Source of the DNA: Octopus bimaculoides
Lineage: Eukaryota
Assembly (NCBI RefSeq): GCF_001194135.2
Contig: NC_068995.1
Coordinates: 44,562,697 to 44,626,696 of the forward strand
Reading direction: 5' to 3'
DNA: 64,000 bases
Shown: positions 50,223-62,720 of the stretch, one piece after another
Position numbering within the stretch: the stretch's first letter is position 1
How the letters are laid out: every line of letters starts with the position of its first letter
Notes under the pieces: model-generated
What the model was told of the DNA's origin: nothing
The model's database searches: none
What the model saw: only the letters and a program-made list of their open reading frames with translations
Position numbers and translations under genes: made by a program

Positions 50223-51108
50223 TATATATATTTATCTTATGATATTCACTTTACTTTATATTATACTCATTTATTGTGCTTTTAATTATTAATTTTTCTA
50301 TATGTGATAGTGGATTTTCATCGATGAGTTCTTGAAACTTGGTTATTTTCCCTAAAATTACATATATTTTATATATATATATATATAATCTTTTACTTGT
50401 TTCAGTCATTAGACTGCATCCATGTTCTATACAGTCGCACAAAAGCGCACACATACACATACAAAAGAGTGGAACAGAGATTCGTAGCGTGGTGTGGTGG
50501 AGTGTTTCTCGGTACGGCCACTTAAAGCAGAAAGATAGAGGAATATACAAAGATACATACACATTTTGAAACCATCAGCAGAATCCTATTGTTTAATGCA
50601 AAGGATATATTTGAAAACCTGAAATTTTGTAATATATTGTTGACGTCACTATATACAATCGTTTTGATTGGTTAATTTTAAAAACCAGATGGTATATAAG
50701 AAAAGGAAGAAGAAAAAGGAAAAGAAGGCTATGAAATGAATTAAAAAACAAAATTTAATTAGCAAATAGTAATTATGGACTAATGAAGAATAACCAACGT
50801 TTACAACACATTAACATTTTGAAAACAGATCTATTGTTTTTTTTTTGTTTTTGATTTGCAAGATTTATATGCGAATTCTTGGCGTTGAAACAAGTCATGT
50901 TATGTCTAGGGAGGGTCATTATGCCAACACATGCACTGGTTCAACACCACTTCTTTATTTTACCAATCAACTATCCAATGGTTTGTTTAATGTGTTGATT
51001 GAATAATCAATCACTAATTAGAGTTCTTTCGTTGCTAATCACGATCTCATTAATGACATGCCCTCACACTTCAAAGTCTGTTTTGAGTCCGTCTGAGGAG
51101 TAGTCTTC

Positions 51109-51144
<36 letters not shown>

Positions 51145-52297
51145 TGTATGTATGTTTTTGTTGTTTTCTTTTTTAGTGCAAGCCGATCGCTAACAAAGTG
51201 ACAAAACTTATTGGGTTAAGAGAGTTCCCTGTTTTTGTAAATAGGTGGTTGAGTTGATGTGTTGGTCGAACTGTTGACACATACACCGAAGTGTGTGCAC
51301 CTATTCACATAACAATCTCAGATGGAGAATTTTTTAAATATGTATGTATGCATGTATCCATGAATGTATGTATGTATGTATGTATGTATGTATGTATGTA
51401 TTATGTATGTATGTATGTATGTATGTATTATGTATGTATGTATGTATGTATGTATTTATGTATGTATGTATGTATGTGTGTGTGTATGTGTGTTTGTGTG
51501 TATGTGAGTGTGAGTGTGTGTGTGTGTGAGTGTGTAAGTATGTATTTGTGTGTGGGAGTGTGTATGTGTATGTATGCAAGTTTGAAAGTACGAATGCAAG
51601 TATGTGTGTCATTATTCAATTTTATTTCAAGATTTCTTGCCAATAGAGAAAGAGCCGGTTTCTAACCTAGATCCAAGACTCCTTCATTGGAATTTCAACA
51701 TCAACAACAGGATATTTTTGTATGTATGTATGTATATATGTATGTATGTATGTATGTAGCTTAACTAGATTGTCACTTAGATAGTTGCTCACAAACTGAA
51801 GTGCGCCAATTATTATTGGTACAAATGTGAATTTACAATCTGGATATAGAAGCAGGTTGTCCATAATTATCCTCTTTCTCTTTGATTTCCAAAGAGATAT
51901 TCACATCAGCTGGACAACTGACCTATATGACAGTACATATTTTTTCTTGTCTATCTCCATCAAAAATATCCGACCTGTTACACTTACACTTGACAGGTGT
52001 TTTTTTATGGGAATGTTCCTCCAGTATTCCTTGTTTTGATTTCTGTGTACGTATTCAATAACAGGAAGATTGTATATATTAATTCCAGGGCAGTCGCTTT
52101 TCTGAATGACATTGTATATTGGTTTTGTGACAACGTCATGTTGATTAGGGAGGTAGCATCTTGATAACATTTTTGGGCAGCTGCAAATTACATGTATGAT
52201 GTCTTCCACAGAAATATGATATAATTTACATTTTTGGTTGCATCTTGGAACTCCAACGGCTTCACAGTCTCTTTTGTTAATTGGGTATTTTGTAGCA

Positions 52298-52688
52298 GTG
52301 GAGGCGCAATGGCCCAGTGGTTAGGGCAGCGGACTCGCGGTCATAGGACCGCGGTTTCGATTCCCAGACCGGGCGTTGTGAGTGTTTATTGAGCGAAAAC
52401 ACCTAAAGCTCCACGAGGCTCCGGCAGGGGATGGTGGCGAACCCTGCTGTACTCTTTCACCACAACTGTCTCTCACTCTTACTTCCTGTTTCTGTTGTGC
52501 CTGTAATTCAAAGGGTCAGCCTTGTCACACTGTGTCACGCTGAATATCCCCGAGAACTACGTTAAGGGTACACGTGTCTGTGGAGTGTTCAGCCACTTGC
52601 ACGTTAATTTCACGAGCAGGCTGTCCCGTTGATCGGATCACCTGGAACCCTCGACGTCGTAAGCGACGGAGTGCCAAACAACAACAAT
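52298..52688 (+). mobile_element. tRNA-derived SINE family D, full length, with 10-bp TSD
   Basis: A-box TGGCCCAGTGG, B-box GGTTTCGATTCCC, (CAA)n tail. TSD TTTTGTAGCA at 52288-52297 and 52689-52698. Confidence 0.9.
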
Positions 52689-53087
52689 TTTTGTAGCAAT
52701 CTCCTGTAATTGGATTGCAAACGCATAGCCTTCGAAAGGTGATGTGATATAGCGGTCACAAGTACAAGAAAGGCTGCGTTTCATGTCGATATTACTGCTT
52801 TCTTCAAGTCTTAAGGAAACATATCCATGCATGGTCTCTTTATGATATGCTTAGAGTTTTACTTCCAGGTCTTCGGTTAGGTATGCTAGCCTGGCTGTTT
52901 TGAGTTTGTATGGGAGCTAATCAAGAAGAGAGTTCTTCCCGAGGAGTTTGCTGCCAACGCGTAGGGTATTGTTTTCTTCACTTTTCAGCACTAAGTTAAT
53001 GTATATATTATTTCTGCTATTGTTTAGCAAGTGCTGTCTGAGAGAGATTATACAACATTCGAAGGCTGTCTGTACTGATCTCAAGCC

Positions 53088-53540
53088 TGTAGTGGCGCGA
53101 AATTATAGCCGCCATTGAGGAAGTACAATTTGCGTATGCGCAAGGGACTTACCTTCCTGGAAGCCCCTCGAGTGCGCATGCGTAGTAAAACTAGTACTTA
53201 AAGAGTTACTTTCGTTTTATAACTCTTTTGAGCGCGATACCTTCGACGTGACGACACCTTGCTCCTCAACGAAGCACTCTTCAGCACGATGCCATCAATG
53301 TGATAGCTACTTGCTCCTCTGGCATGCATCAAGGAAGCTCTTAACCTTCCAATACTGATTACAAGTTAACCAGCGGCTGCTAAGCTGAATGACACAGGAT
53401 TTGTAAAACCAAGCATCATCAAAAATAAAACTTATTTTTATTATGTTGTTAAATTGTTCTACTGTTTCTTAATATATAATTTTGTTGAAAAGTGATAGAG
53501 AGAGACTAATGTCTCTATTGCAGCAAATCAACCTTTTACA
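53088..53540 (+). mobile_element. Solo LTR (TGTA...TACA) with 4-bp TSD AGCC
   Basis: AGCC at 53084-53087 and 53541-53544; internal AATAAA near 53425. Inserted into an RLE LINE. Confidence 0.82.
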
Positions 53541-54037
53541 AGCCTCTACCTCCTTCGTCCATCCTTAGGTCGAATCTGTCGATTTTACTATTTCTGTGGA
53601 GATTTCCACTTGATGTCAGTATCTTTCATATTGTGGGATATTGTCTTGTTGTATGAAGAGAGTTCCGACTGCATGTTTGTCTAAGTCAGACATAATATTC
53701 TTGGGTCGCTCTATCTTTATTCAAAGTCCTTCGTATGATGTTTTCATTATTGCCTTAGTTACTTATAGCATTCTTTGTGCGGGGAAGGTGAGATAGTGAT
53801 TCTGTTGATGCACAGATTTTGGGTCAGGAGGACTGATTTTTCCCGTTCAACAATTAAATATGAAAATTTCTTTTGGCCAAATTCCATTCCTATGTCAGCT
53901 GAAAGTGTCATGGCCGCAGTCAGACGACTGAAACAAGTAAGATAGTAAGAGAATAATTCCAGCTGTTTTCCGCATTGTTAGCATTTTTTTGCCTAAATCT
54001 TGAGGTCATCTACAAAGAAATGTATGTATGTATGTAT

Positions 54038-54082
<45 letters not shown>

Positions 54083-54618
54083 CGCGCGTGTTTTTTTGTT
54101 TTTGTTTAATTTAGCATAAATTTCGACCGGTCACCTGCTTGGTAGCAAGGTTGTGAAAGATAGCGTCTTGTTCTGTTCTTGTTTAAATTTTGCAGATTTT
54201 TTATAGTCCCAGATATCATGATCATGTATGTATAAATGTATATGATCGTGTATATATGTATATAGTACCAGATATCATGATCATGTATGTATGTAGAAAT
54301 CTATGTATGTGTGTATGTATGTATGTATGTATATGACTTTCGGTAAAAATCTGTGACGTCATGAGTGAGTGTGTAACATTCTCTTTCATCTGCTCGACAG
54401 AGCTGAACAAACACACTCGCACACACACGACGTCATGTGCTAATACCGAAACATTGCCTACACACACACCCAGAAAGACAGACACGCAGACACACACACA
54501 TACATTCGTAGTCACATAGACATATACACATAGTTTACTGTCCCGTTATTGGTAGGATCACCAAAAAAAGTACTCCATCTAGTAAGAGATAAATATCATT
54601 TAATGAACTCAATATATA

Positions 54619-54678
54619 TTCTTCTTCTTCTTCTTCTTCTTCTTCTTCTTCTTCTTCTTCTTCTTCTTCTTCTTCTTC
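54619..54678. repeat. (TTC)n microsatellite
   Basis: Directly visible. Many other microsatellites occur: (TATG)n 51120-51480, (ATAG)n 62145-62225, (TG)n, (CT)n and (TA)n, often bordering gaps. Confidence 0.95.
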
Positions 54679-55043
54679 CCTGCCAAGAATTCACAACGAC
54701 CTCGAACCCACAAGAGTAAACAAGAGAGACAGAGACAGGCAGAAACAAGGAAAATACCCCTTGTATTTGAATACTATGCAAATATTCTTTTAAAAATCTT
54801 TTCTTTTAATTTTTCCAAAATTGAATTGTTTTCCATACTTACAGTTACAAAAGTCTCAGTGACTGAAACCGGTACTGAAATGTATTTTATTAAATTATTT
54901 TAGCATTTTCTACCTTGACTTTTTTTCCATATATATATATATATATAATAGAAATATTTTTCAAAAAGAAAATAGAAACTACACGTGGAAAAGATATGGG
55001 GAAGGTAAGAAGAAAAAAAGCGAAAATGCACATTGAATATCAA

Positions 55044-55079
<36 letters not shown>

Positions 55080-56039
55080 GGCCTTTTTTTATGAAAAGTA
55101 GCGATAAATAAATACAATTAGATGACCTTAGGTAGAATTAAGAGGAATTAAATTCATTATTTTGAATTGTTAAGGGGATTCAAAGTCAAACGGGTATCGT
55201 CATTGCTGTTCACTGGCTTTGAATGCACACCGATTTATCAAACAGTGTCAGATCTACTAGGCCCTGAGTAAAAAGATTGTGTAAGGGAGGTAAGTTGTTC
55301 TGGACATGGTGCAACTAGGGTCAATATAATACTGTAATATGAATGGTGTAAGGAATATATGGGTGTTAGTGGTATTATTGGTAAGGTTAGTAGTGTTCTG
55401 TATTATGTTATGTTCATGTTAAGTTGTGGATGATATTTATTGATGAAAGTTGCTTTTTTATTCATTCTTTGTTGTACTATAAAAGCTCCAAATAATTTCA
55501 TGCTGTAGAGGTACAATTATTTGGCAGATTTATATAACGTGCCATGTGTTTCCAAGTAATCTTTTAGGCTCATTGCATACCGTTCGACTTATTTGAAAAC
55601 CAGAACAAAGGTCTTGGTTTTCTTACTTTTCTTTTCTTTTTTCTCGTCCCATTTTTGCTTCAATCATCTTCGCGTTTCTCTTCCCGTTTTTTCCCGTGTG
55701 TGTGTGTGTGTATCCTTTTTGCTATGTATTGGCAAAGATTGTAAAAAAACTGCATCGAAAAACTGGTGTTCATCGAACAAAGTTCCATGTGTTACAGAGA
55801 GACAAGGAAATGAACTGGTGAACCAGTGATTGCTTGTTGTAGACTCTTAAACATTGACCGACGCTATTGTCTACTAATTGACATTAAAATAAAACAAAAT
55901 GCAATAAAATAATTGATCGTTAAAGGTCGAAGAATGTACTTATTGTATTTGTACAAAGGATATTTATTGGTGTTATTAGAGAAGAGGCAAAACAGCGCCG
56001 GACTAGACGCCTTACACATCTAGGCTCATTTGCCACAAT

Positions 56040-56636
56040 TGTTGTTGTTGTTGGCACTCCGTCGCTTACGACGTCGAGGGTTCCAGTTGATCCGATCAAC
56101 GGAACAGCCTGCTCGTGAAATTAACGTGCAAGTGGCTGAACACTCCACAGACACGTGTACCCTTAACGTAGTTCTCGGGGATATTCAGCGTGACACAGTG
56201 TGACAAGGCTGACCCTTTGAATTACAGGTACAACAAAAACAGGAAGTAAGAGCGAGAGAAAGTTGTGGTGGAAGAGTACAGCAGGGTTCGCCACCATCCC
56301 CTGCTGGAGCCTCGTGGAACTTTAGGTATTNNNNNNNNNNNNNNNNNNNNNNNNNNNNNNNNNNNNNNNNNNNNNNNNNNNNNNNNNNNNNNNNNNNNNN
56401 NNNNNNNNNNNNNNNNNNNNNNNNNNNNNNNNNNNNNNNNNNNNNNNNNNNNNNNNNNNNNNNNNNNNNNNNNNNNNNNNNNNNNNNNNNNNNNNNNNNN
56501 NNNNNNNNNNNNNNNNNNNNNNNNNNNNNNNNNNNNNNNNNNNNNNNNNNNNNNNNNNNNNNNNNNNNNNNNNNNNNNNNNNNNNNNNNNNNNNNNNNNN
56601 NNNNNNNNNNNNNCCACTGGGCCATTGCGCCTCCAC
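56040..56636 (-). mobile_element. SINE family D, split by an N gap
   Basis: Reverse complement of family D on both sides of gap 56331-56613. Confidence 0.85.
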
Positions 56637-58235
56637 TTTGCCACAATAATGGGTTCTAATGATACGTGTGTGTGTGTGTGTGTTAGAGAGAGGGGGAGGG
56701 AGGGAGAGATGTTTATTTTAGGATGTAAACGATAGCCAAATTTTGTATTAAAATTACATTTACTATAAAGACACAAATTAATACATTTTCTGGTAATATT
56801 CTGAAGTTGATTCCATGGAAGAAAAAGAAGGAAGAAAAGATCGTTGTAGTTTACAAAAAACAAAAACAAAGGAAAAAAAGCATAGGCGCAGGCGTGGCTG
56901 TGTGGTAAGAAGCTTGCTTTTCAACAACATTGTTCTGGGTTCAATCCCACAGCGTGACACGTGGAGCAAATGCCTTCTTGTATAGCTTCGGGCCGGCCAA
57001 AGCCTTGTAAGTGGATTTAGTAGATGGAAACGGAAAGAAGCCCGTCGTGTGTGTGTGTTTGTGTTTGTGTCTGTGTTTGTCCTTCCCGCCATCGCTGGAC
57101 AGTCCCCATAAGCTAGCGGTTCGGTAAAAATGNNNNNNNNNNNNNNNNNNNNNNNNNNNNNNNNNNNNNNNNNNNNNNNNNNNNNNNNNNNNNNNNNNNN
57201 NNNNNNNNNNNNNNNNNNNNNNNNNNNNNNNNNNNNNNNNNNNNNNNNNNNNNNNNNNNNNNNNNNNNNNNNNNNNNNNNNNNNNNNNNNNNNNNNNNNN
57301 NNNNNNNNNNNNNNNNNNNNNNNNNNNNNNNNNNNNNNNNNNNNNNNNNNNNNNNNNNNNNNNNNNNNNNNNNNNNNNNNNNNNNNNNNNNNNNNNNNNN
57401 NNNNNNNNNNNNNNNNNNNNNNNNNNNNNNNNNNNNNNNNNNNNNNNNNNNNNNNNNNNTTGGTTAATTTATACATATTAAATAAGAATCCAATAACAGA
57501 AACAACAACAATAACAACAACAACGACAGACTCACACACACACACGCCCCTCCCCTCACAAATAAAGTTTCATTAGAAAGACAAGTGAAAGATAAAATAC
57601 GAAAAGAAATTTCTGTTGATCGGGTAAAGTGTAGTTTTAATGAGTTAATCAGATAAAATATGTGTTTTGTAAAAGAATATGGAATTTTTGGAACAATGAA
57701 TCTCGAAGCAAATAAAGCTATAAATAGTAGCGTACAGCTATTGGGTAAAAAAAAAAAATAATAACCTTGGGGTAGAAAAAATCGAAGGCTGTCACCCGTA
57801 GGACGCGAAGCCACGTTTCTCGTGAAGAGGACAAGTGTTCTGTTAATGTAAAATTAAATGAATAGAGACATCTTTTAGATGAGAATTGTTAATATGGTTT
57901 GTGTGTTTGTTTGCAGTCATAAAAATGAATACATTTCTATTTCCATGTATGAAAATATTGGTCCTCCAAAACCAAGTTGTTTGTTGGATGTTTTACAACA
58001 GAGTCACATAGATGTAATTATCGTTTCGGTTTAAACATTTGGCAATACACAACCCGCGACCATCGAATGCAACCAAATATTGTCAAATTGAAGCGGTGAA
58101 GATTTTCACAAATGAAAATGAGAATGTTATGTGTTGTAGACCAGAGTTCTATTACAATAATATGAGTCTGGAGGTAAAATAAATAAATAAATAAATAAAA
58201 CAAGAACCATTTGTCTGAGAATCAGCGGCCTAGCT

Positions 58236-59855
58236 TTATAAAATCTTGAGAGAGGCCATGATGCCAAAACCTATCAGTATTGATAATATTTGAAGAAAGT
58301 TACCTTTATGGTTAATCAGATCCGGACCGAGAATTTCAAAAAATGTCACGTAAAAAAGTGTACCTGTTGAAATACTTGTGAGAGTTCCAGAAAGTCCTTT
58401 GTGGAAATCCAACGGATTCGTTTGACTGTTAGAAAGTAGCCATCCAATAGTTGCTCCGATTGGAGAAATAAACGAGAAGATTATCAACCAAAGCTTTACT
58501 CTCCACAGACGATCAGTAAATGTTTCTCGCAGTTTCAACGTCAAACTGAAGGCTATTAAACATTTGTGGAAAATGAGAGCAAACATAATGGTAAAAATAT
58601 CCATTGCTTCTTTCCGTAATCCCAGAGTAATTCCGTCAAAAAATGAGTGAAATATCAACACTACGAGTAAAATAATAGCACCCGATTGGCGGAGGTTGTC
58701 GTTCTCTTCTATCTCTTCGACCGGCGTATTTTCTTCTGCTGTTTGGACGTTTGAAATATATTTCACGGGTCTTTCTTCATGTTTTTGTGCTGAATAATAT
58801 TCATCATTATGATAACACGAGTTGTCATTGGCAAAATGTAACGGTATATTTGACTGATCTGTGACGGTGGAACCGTAAATCCCAATTGAAGAATGGCTAC
58901 GACAAAATAGTTTCTCCTTGTTGCTGATATCTTGGCAAACGAATCTGCCATTCTGGGAGTCTACCAAGTGATTCTCGATCGAACATACACATTGATCTGG
59001 TATAAGAATACACAGTTCGTCGATGGTTTCTGCTAAGTTGGCCCGGTTTTCCTTAAATGTTTTTCCTGATTTATAAGGTTTCGTGTTGGAAATTAAACAA
59101 CGCTCGGCGGTATTTTGGTATTTACAGTCAGATGGTAGAACTTCCTCATCAACAATATGAAGGCAAATATTTCTTGAAGAATTCTTTCTAGAATGGTTCT
59201 CGGTTGTGGCTTTATTTTCACTTTTATCGTTTCTTGAAGTGATCGTTGTTAGTTCAATTACTTCTGATGTTGTTGGTAGTGATGGTGATGATAGTGGTTG
59301 CTGTGATAATGTTTGTTGATGTTGATGTTGTGGTGGTGACGACGATGGTGATGACAATGTCGACGATGATGGTATTGGCGATTTTATCCCGTCTTGAAGG
59401 TTTGATTGTTCATCACTAGATTTGTTCCTCTTTTCCCAAACTTTATACAGAATGGTAACGCTACGTTCTAGGAACAACACGAGAAAAAAACCTGCTGATA
59501 CGAGCATTTCACAGAATGGATACGTATAATTCTTATTCATTGATTTAAAGTACAAGTCCAGATCGAACGAAGATTCTGGGAGTAGGAAAAGTAGAGACAT
59601 TCCAAAGAATATTCCGCCACTAAACATATTAAGAGAGCTGAAGAGCTTTTGCCAAGTAATTCTCGTCTTTTTTGTCGAATCTGTCCGATTTTCATCGAGT
59701 TTTCGTCCAACGTAGACATAACAGAAAGCACAGGACGTTAATGTTCCAACCAAAAGGCCAAGAATTGCAGTACTTTTCGATATAGTTTCATCAATGGTTT
59801 CGTACTTGGTGTGGTTAGCTGAGTTGACTTCCGTTAAAGGAGATGTTTTTTCCAT
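58236..59855 (-). CDS. ZIP/SLC39 family metal transporter (ZIP1/ZIP3-like), single coding exon, 539 aa
   Basis: Long ORF from the ATG at 59855. About 8 hydrophobic segments with FSGGIFF, LLPE, YPFCE, IFHSFFDG (TM4), FHKCLIAF (TM5), SPIG and GTLFYVTFFEIL motifs, and a long TM3-TM4 loop. Confidence 0.93.
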   Translation of the reverse strand: MEKTSPLTEVNSANHTKYETIDETISKSTAILGLLVGTLTSCAFCYVYVGRKLDENRTDSTKKTRITWQKLFSSLNMFSGGIFFGMSLLFLLPESSFDLDLYFKSMNKNYTYPFCEMLVSAGFFLVLFLERSVTILYKVWEKRNKSSDEQSNLQDGIKSPIPSSSTLSSPSSSPPQHQHQQTLSQQPLSSPSLPTTSEVIELTTITSRNDKSENKATTENHSRKNSSRNICLHIVDEEVLPSDCKYQNTAERCLISNTKPYKSGKTFKENRANLAETIDELCILIPDQCVCSIENHLVDSQNGRFVCQDISNKEKLFCRSHSSIGIYGSTVTDQSNIPLHFANDNSCYHNDEYYSAQKHEERPVKYISNVQTAEENTPVEEIEENDNLRQSGAIILLVVLIFHSFFDGITLGLRKEAMDIFTIMFALIFHKCLIAFSLTLKLRETFTDRLWRVKLWLIIFSFISPIGATIGWLLSNSQTNPLDFHKGLSGTLTSISTGTLFYVTFFEILGPDLINHKGNFLQILSILIGFGIMASLKIL

Positions 59856-60463
59856 TATAACAAATCTGTAATAAACTTGTAACAACTGATTCTTGCTCTT
59901 TTAACTGTCTCTTCATCGTTTCAAGGATCGTGTCATTGTTCTTACGTGAAATCTGAACTGTTTTCAATTGAAAACACTTCGTGTACAAAGTCTAATGCTG
60001 AATATAAACTAGCAAACTGGAAAAAAAAAAAAACAGAACTGTAACATATAGACACATAAATACATACGTATATAGACAAGTATACAAAGAAGATATTATA
60101 ATGTAATTAAAACTATTCAGTATTAACTTGGTATAATAATATTGGGTCGTTAAAATTTGCATAAAAAACAATGGCGATATTATTTTAACGACAGTCACCA
60201 TATTAGTTTTCTACAAAGTTGAAAGAACAGAACAGCTGTGCCAGAATGACAGTCATATAATTTGTTGAGAATATAATCGTTTAAACATGTAAATGCAATA
60301 CAAACCGTTAAGCACGGTTTGTTAAATACCCAGCAATCTTAAACACCTGCTTTTTTTCTCTTTATATTTAGGGCAAATGCAAATGTTCACATGTGTGTGT
60401 GTGTATGTGTGCGTGTGTGTATTTGAATGTGTGTACATACGTGTATGTATTTATTTCCCTTTC

Positions 60464-60501
<38 letters not shown>

Positions 60502-60634
60502 NNNNNNNNNNNNNNNNNNNNNNNNNNNNNNNNNNNNNNNNNNNNNNNNNNNNNNNNNNNNNNNNNNNNNNNNNNNNNNNNNNNNNNNNNNNNNNNNNNN
60601 NNNNNNNNNNNNNNNNNNNNNNNNNNNNNNNNNN

Positions 60635-60678
<44 letters not shown>

Positions 60679-62180
60679 GCATACATACATGTACACATGC
60701 ACGCACACACACACACACACACACATATGTATATATGGGTATAAATGTCTATACACATACATACATACATATTCACACTTACACGTATACATATCTCCAT
60801 ATCTCCATATTTGAATATATATGTTTTATATACATATGTGTGTGTGTGTGTGTGTGTTGTGGCGGCGTGTTTCTGAGCGCATTCTCTTACAGTTTATAGT
60901 TCATTAATAGACTAGGATTGTTCAAGCAATTCATTGCTATATACGTTAGTATATAGAACTGGCGCACACGCACACGCACACTCACACAGGTACGCACACG
61001 CAAACACATTCCCACACACCCACACACGCATACAACACGCGAACAACACACACACACAAACCACTTTATAGAAAAGAAATGACGTTAGTTTGTGAATTTA
61101 TCGAATCCTGGTCAACTCTGGTGACCTTTGAGTGCCTCTCTTCTACTGCATGACAGTTGAGGCCGGTGCAGTGGAATTTGAACTTCTGTGCACAGAAGAA
61201 TGATGAATAGGGTGAGTAAACAAAGAATCATGTTGATGGACTGCTAAAACGAACAGTCGAATCCCCTTCAAAATGCTTGTCTTCATAAGTCAAAAGAAAT
61301 ACAGGATAGAAATGTGATGAATGTTGTAGACGGAATGGTGAGAGGGAAAACTTCAAAGAAACAATTTTAAAAAAAAGAAAGAAAAAAGAAAAAAACCAAC
61401 GCAGAAAGAAAAAAGTAGACGTTGGCGTAGCCGTATGGTTAAGAAGTTTGCTTCCCAACTCGTATGTGTTCTTGGGTTCAGTTCCACTGCGTAGCAACTC
61501 GGGCAAGTGTGTACTACCATAGTCCCTGGTCGACTAAAGTCCTGTAAGTGGGTTCCGGTAGACGGAAAATGAAAGCTGAAAGAAGCTCCATATANNNNNN
61601 NNNNNNNNNNNNNNNNNNNNNNNNNNNNNNNNNNNNNNNNNNNNNNNNNNNNNNNNNNNNNNNNNNNNNNNNNNNNNNNNNNNNNNNNNNNNNNNNNNNN
61701 NNNNNNNNNNNNNNNNNNNNNNNNNNNNNNNNNNNNNNNNNNNNNNNNNNNNNNNNNNNNNNNNNNNNNNNNNNNNNNNNNNNNNNNNNNNNNNNNNNNN
61801 NNNNNNNNNNNNNNNNNNNNNNNNNNNNNNNNNNNNNNNNNNNNNNNNNNNNNNNNNNNNNNNNNNNNNNNNNNNNNNNNNNNNNNNNNNNNNNNNNNNN
61901 NNNNNNNNNNNNNNNNNNNNNNNNNNNNNNNNNNNNNNNNNNNNNNNNNNNNNNNNNNNNNNNNNNNNNNNNNNNNNNNNNNNNNNNNNNNNNNNNNNNN
62001 NNNNNNNNNNNNNNNNNNNNNNNNNNNNNNNNNNNNNNNNNNNNNNNNNNNNNNNNNNNNNNNNNNNNNNNNNNNNNNNNNNNNNNNNNNNNNNNNNNNN
62101 NNNNNNNNNNNNNNNNNNNNNNNNNNNNNNNNNNNNNNNTATATATAGATAGATAGATAGATAGATAGACAGATAGATAC

Positions 62181-62225
<45 letters not shown>

Positions 62226-62227
<2 letters not shown>

Positions 62228-62604
62228 TGCAGTTAAGTATATGTCCGGTCATTGAGTGCCCAATGGTTTCGCATCCATAAAGGGCTTAGCCCCATGGACG
62301 ACTCGTCAGATTTAGCAGACGAATGCCATTTAGTGCTTCAAGCCTCGGAAGTAGAAATCCGTTACGCTCAGTTCGTAAGTAAACAAAGGAATAAACACTC
62401 CAGGTCGACGAGAATGGGTTATCTCCCTTAGACCACTCTACGTGGGTCAAAATGGGACAACGGGAAACTCCGTCCTTAGGTTGCTTTTAGCTCGTAAGGA
62501 TCTTTTGGCCCGTAAGGCCCATGCTACAAGCAAGGGATTCCCCATTCATCGATTAGATCCGAAAAGATCACTGTATGACCACCGGACACATATCTAACTG
62601 CATA
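62226..62604 (-). other. GC-rich structured element with 24-bp inverted ends and a hammerhead-like core
   Basis: Ends 62226-62249 and 62581-62604 are imperfect inverted repeats. The minus strand has CTGACGA, an extended stem II, GAAAC and a hairpin. Confidence 0.55.
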
Positions 62605-62669
62605 TAAATACATTACTGCACCTTAGAGTGTACTTCTTTTTCGGATATACGATACACTAACGATATATA

Positions 62670-62720
<51 letters not shown>

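Larger units (their letters stand above)
51760..53900 (-). mobile_element. Decayed RLE-type LINE interrupted by SINE D and a solo LTR
   Basis: EDIIHVICSC zinc knuckle and FVPIIIGAL remnants. The same family occurs at about 62940-63190 and 63450-63720 (CRLCHVSVEDIKRVISSC). Confidence 0.7.

Noticed and set aside
41807-62252. Long ORFs in the track made of X, VC/HT/YI or poly-R runs
   Set aside because: They are translations of N gaps and microsatellites.
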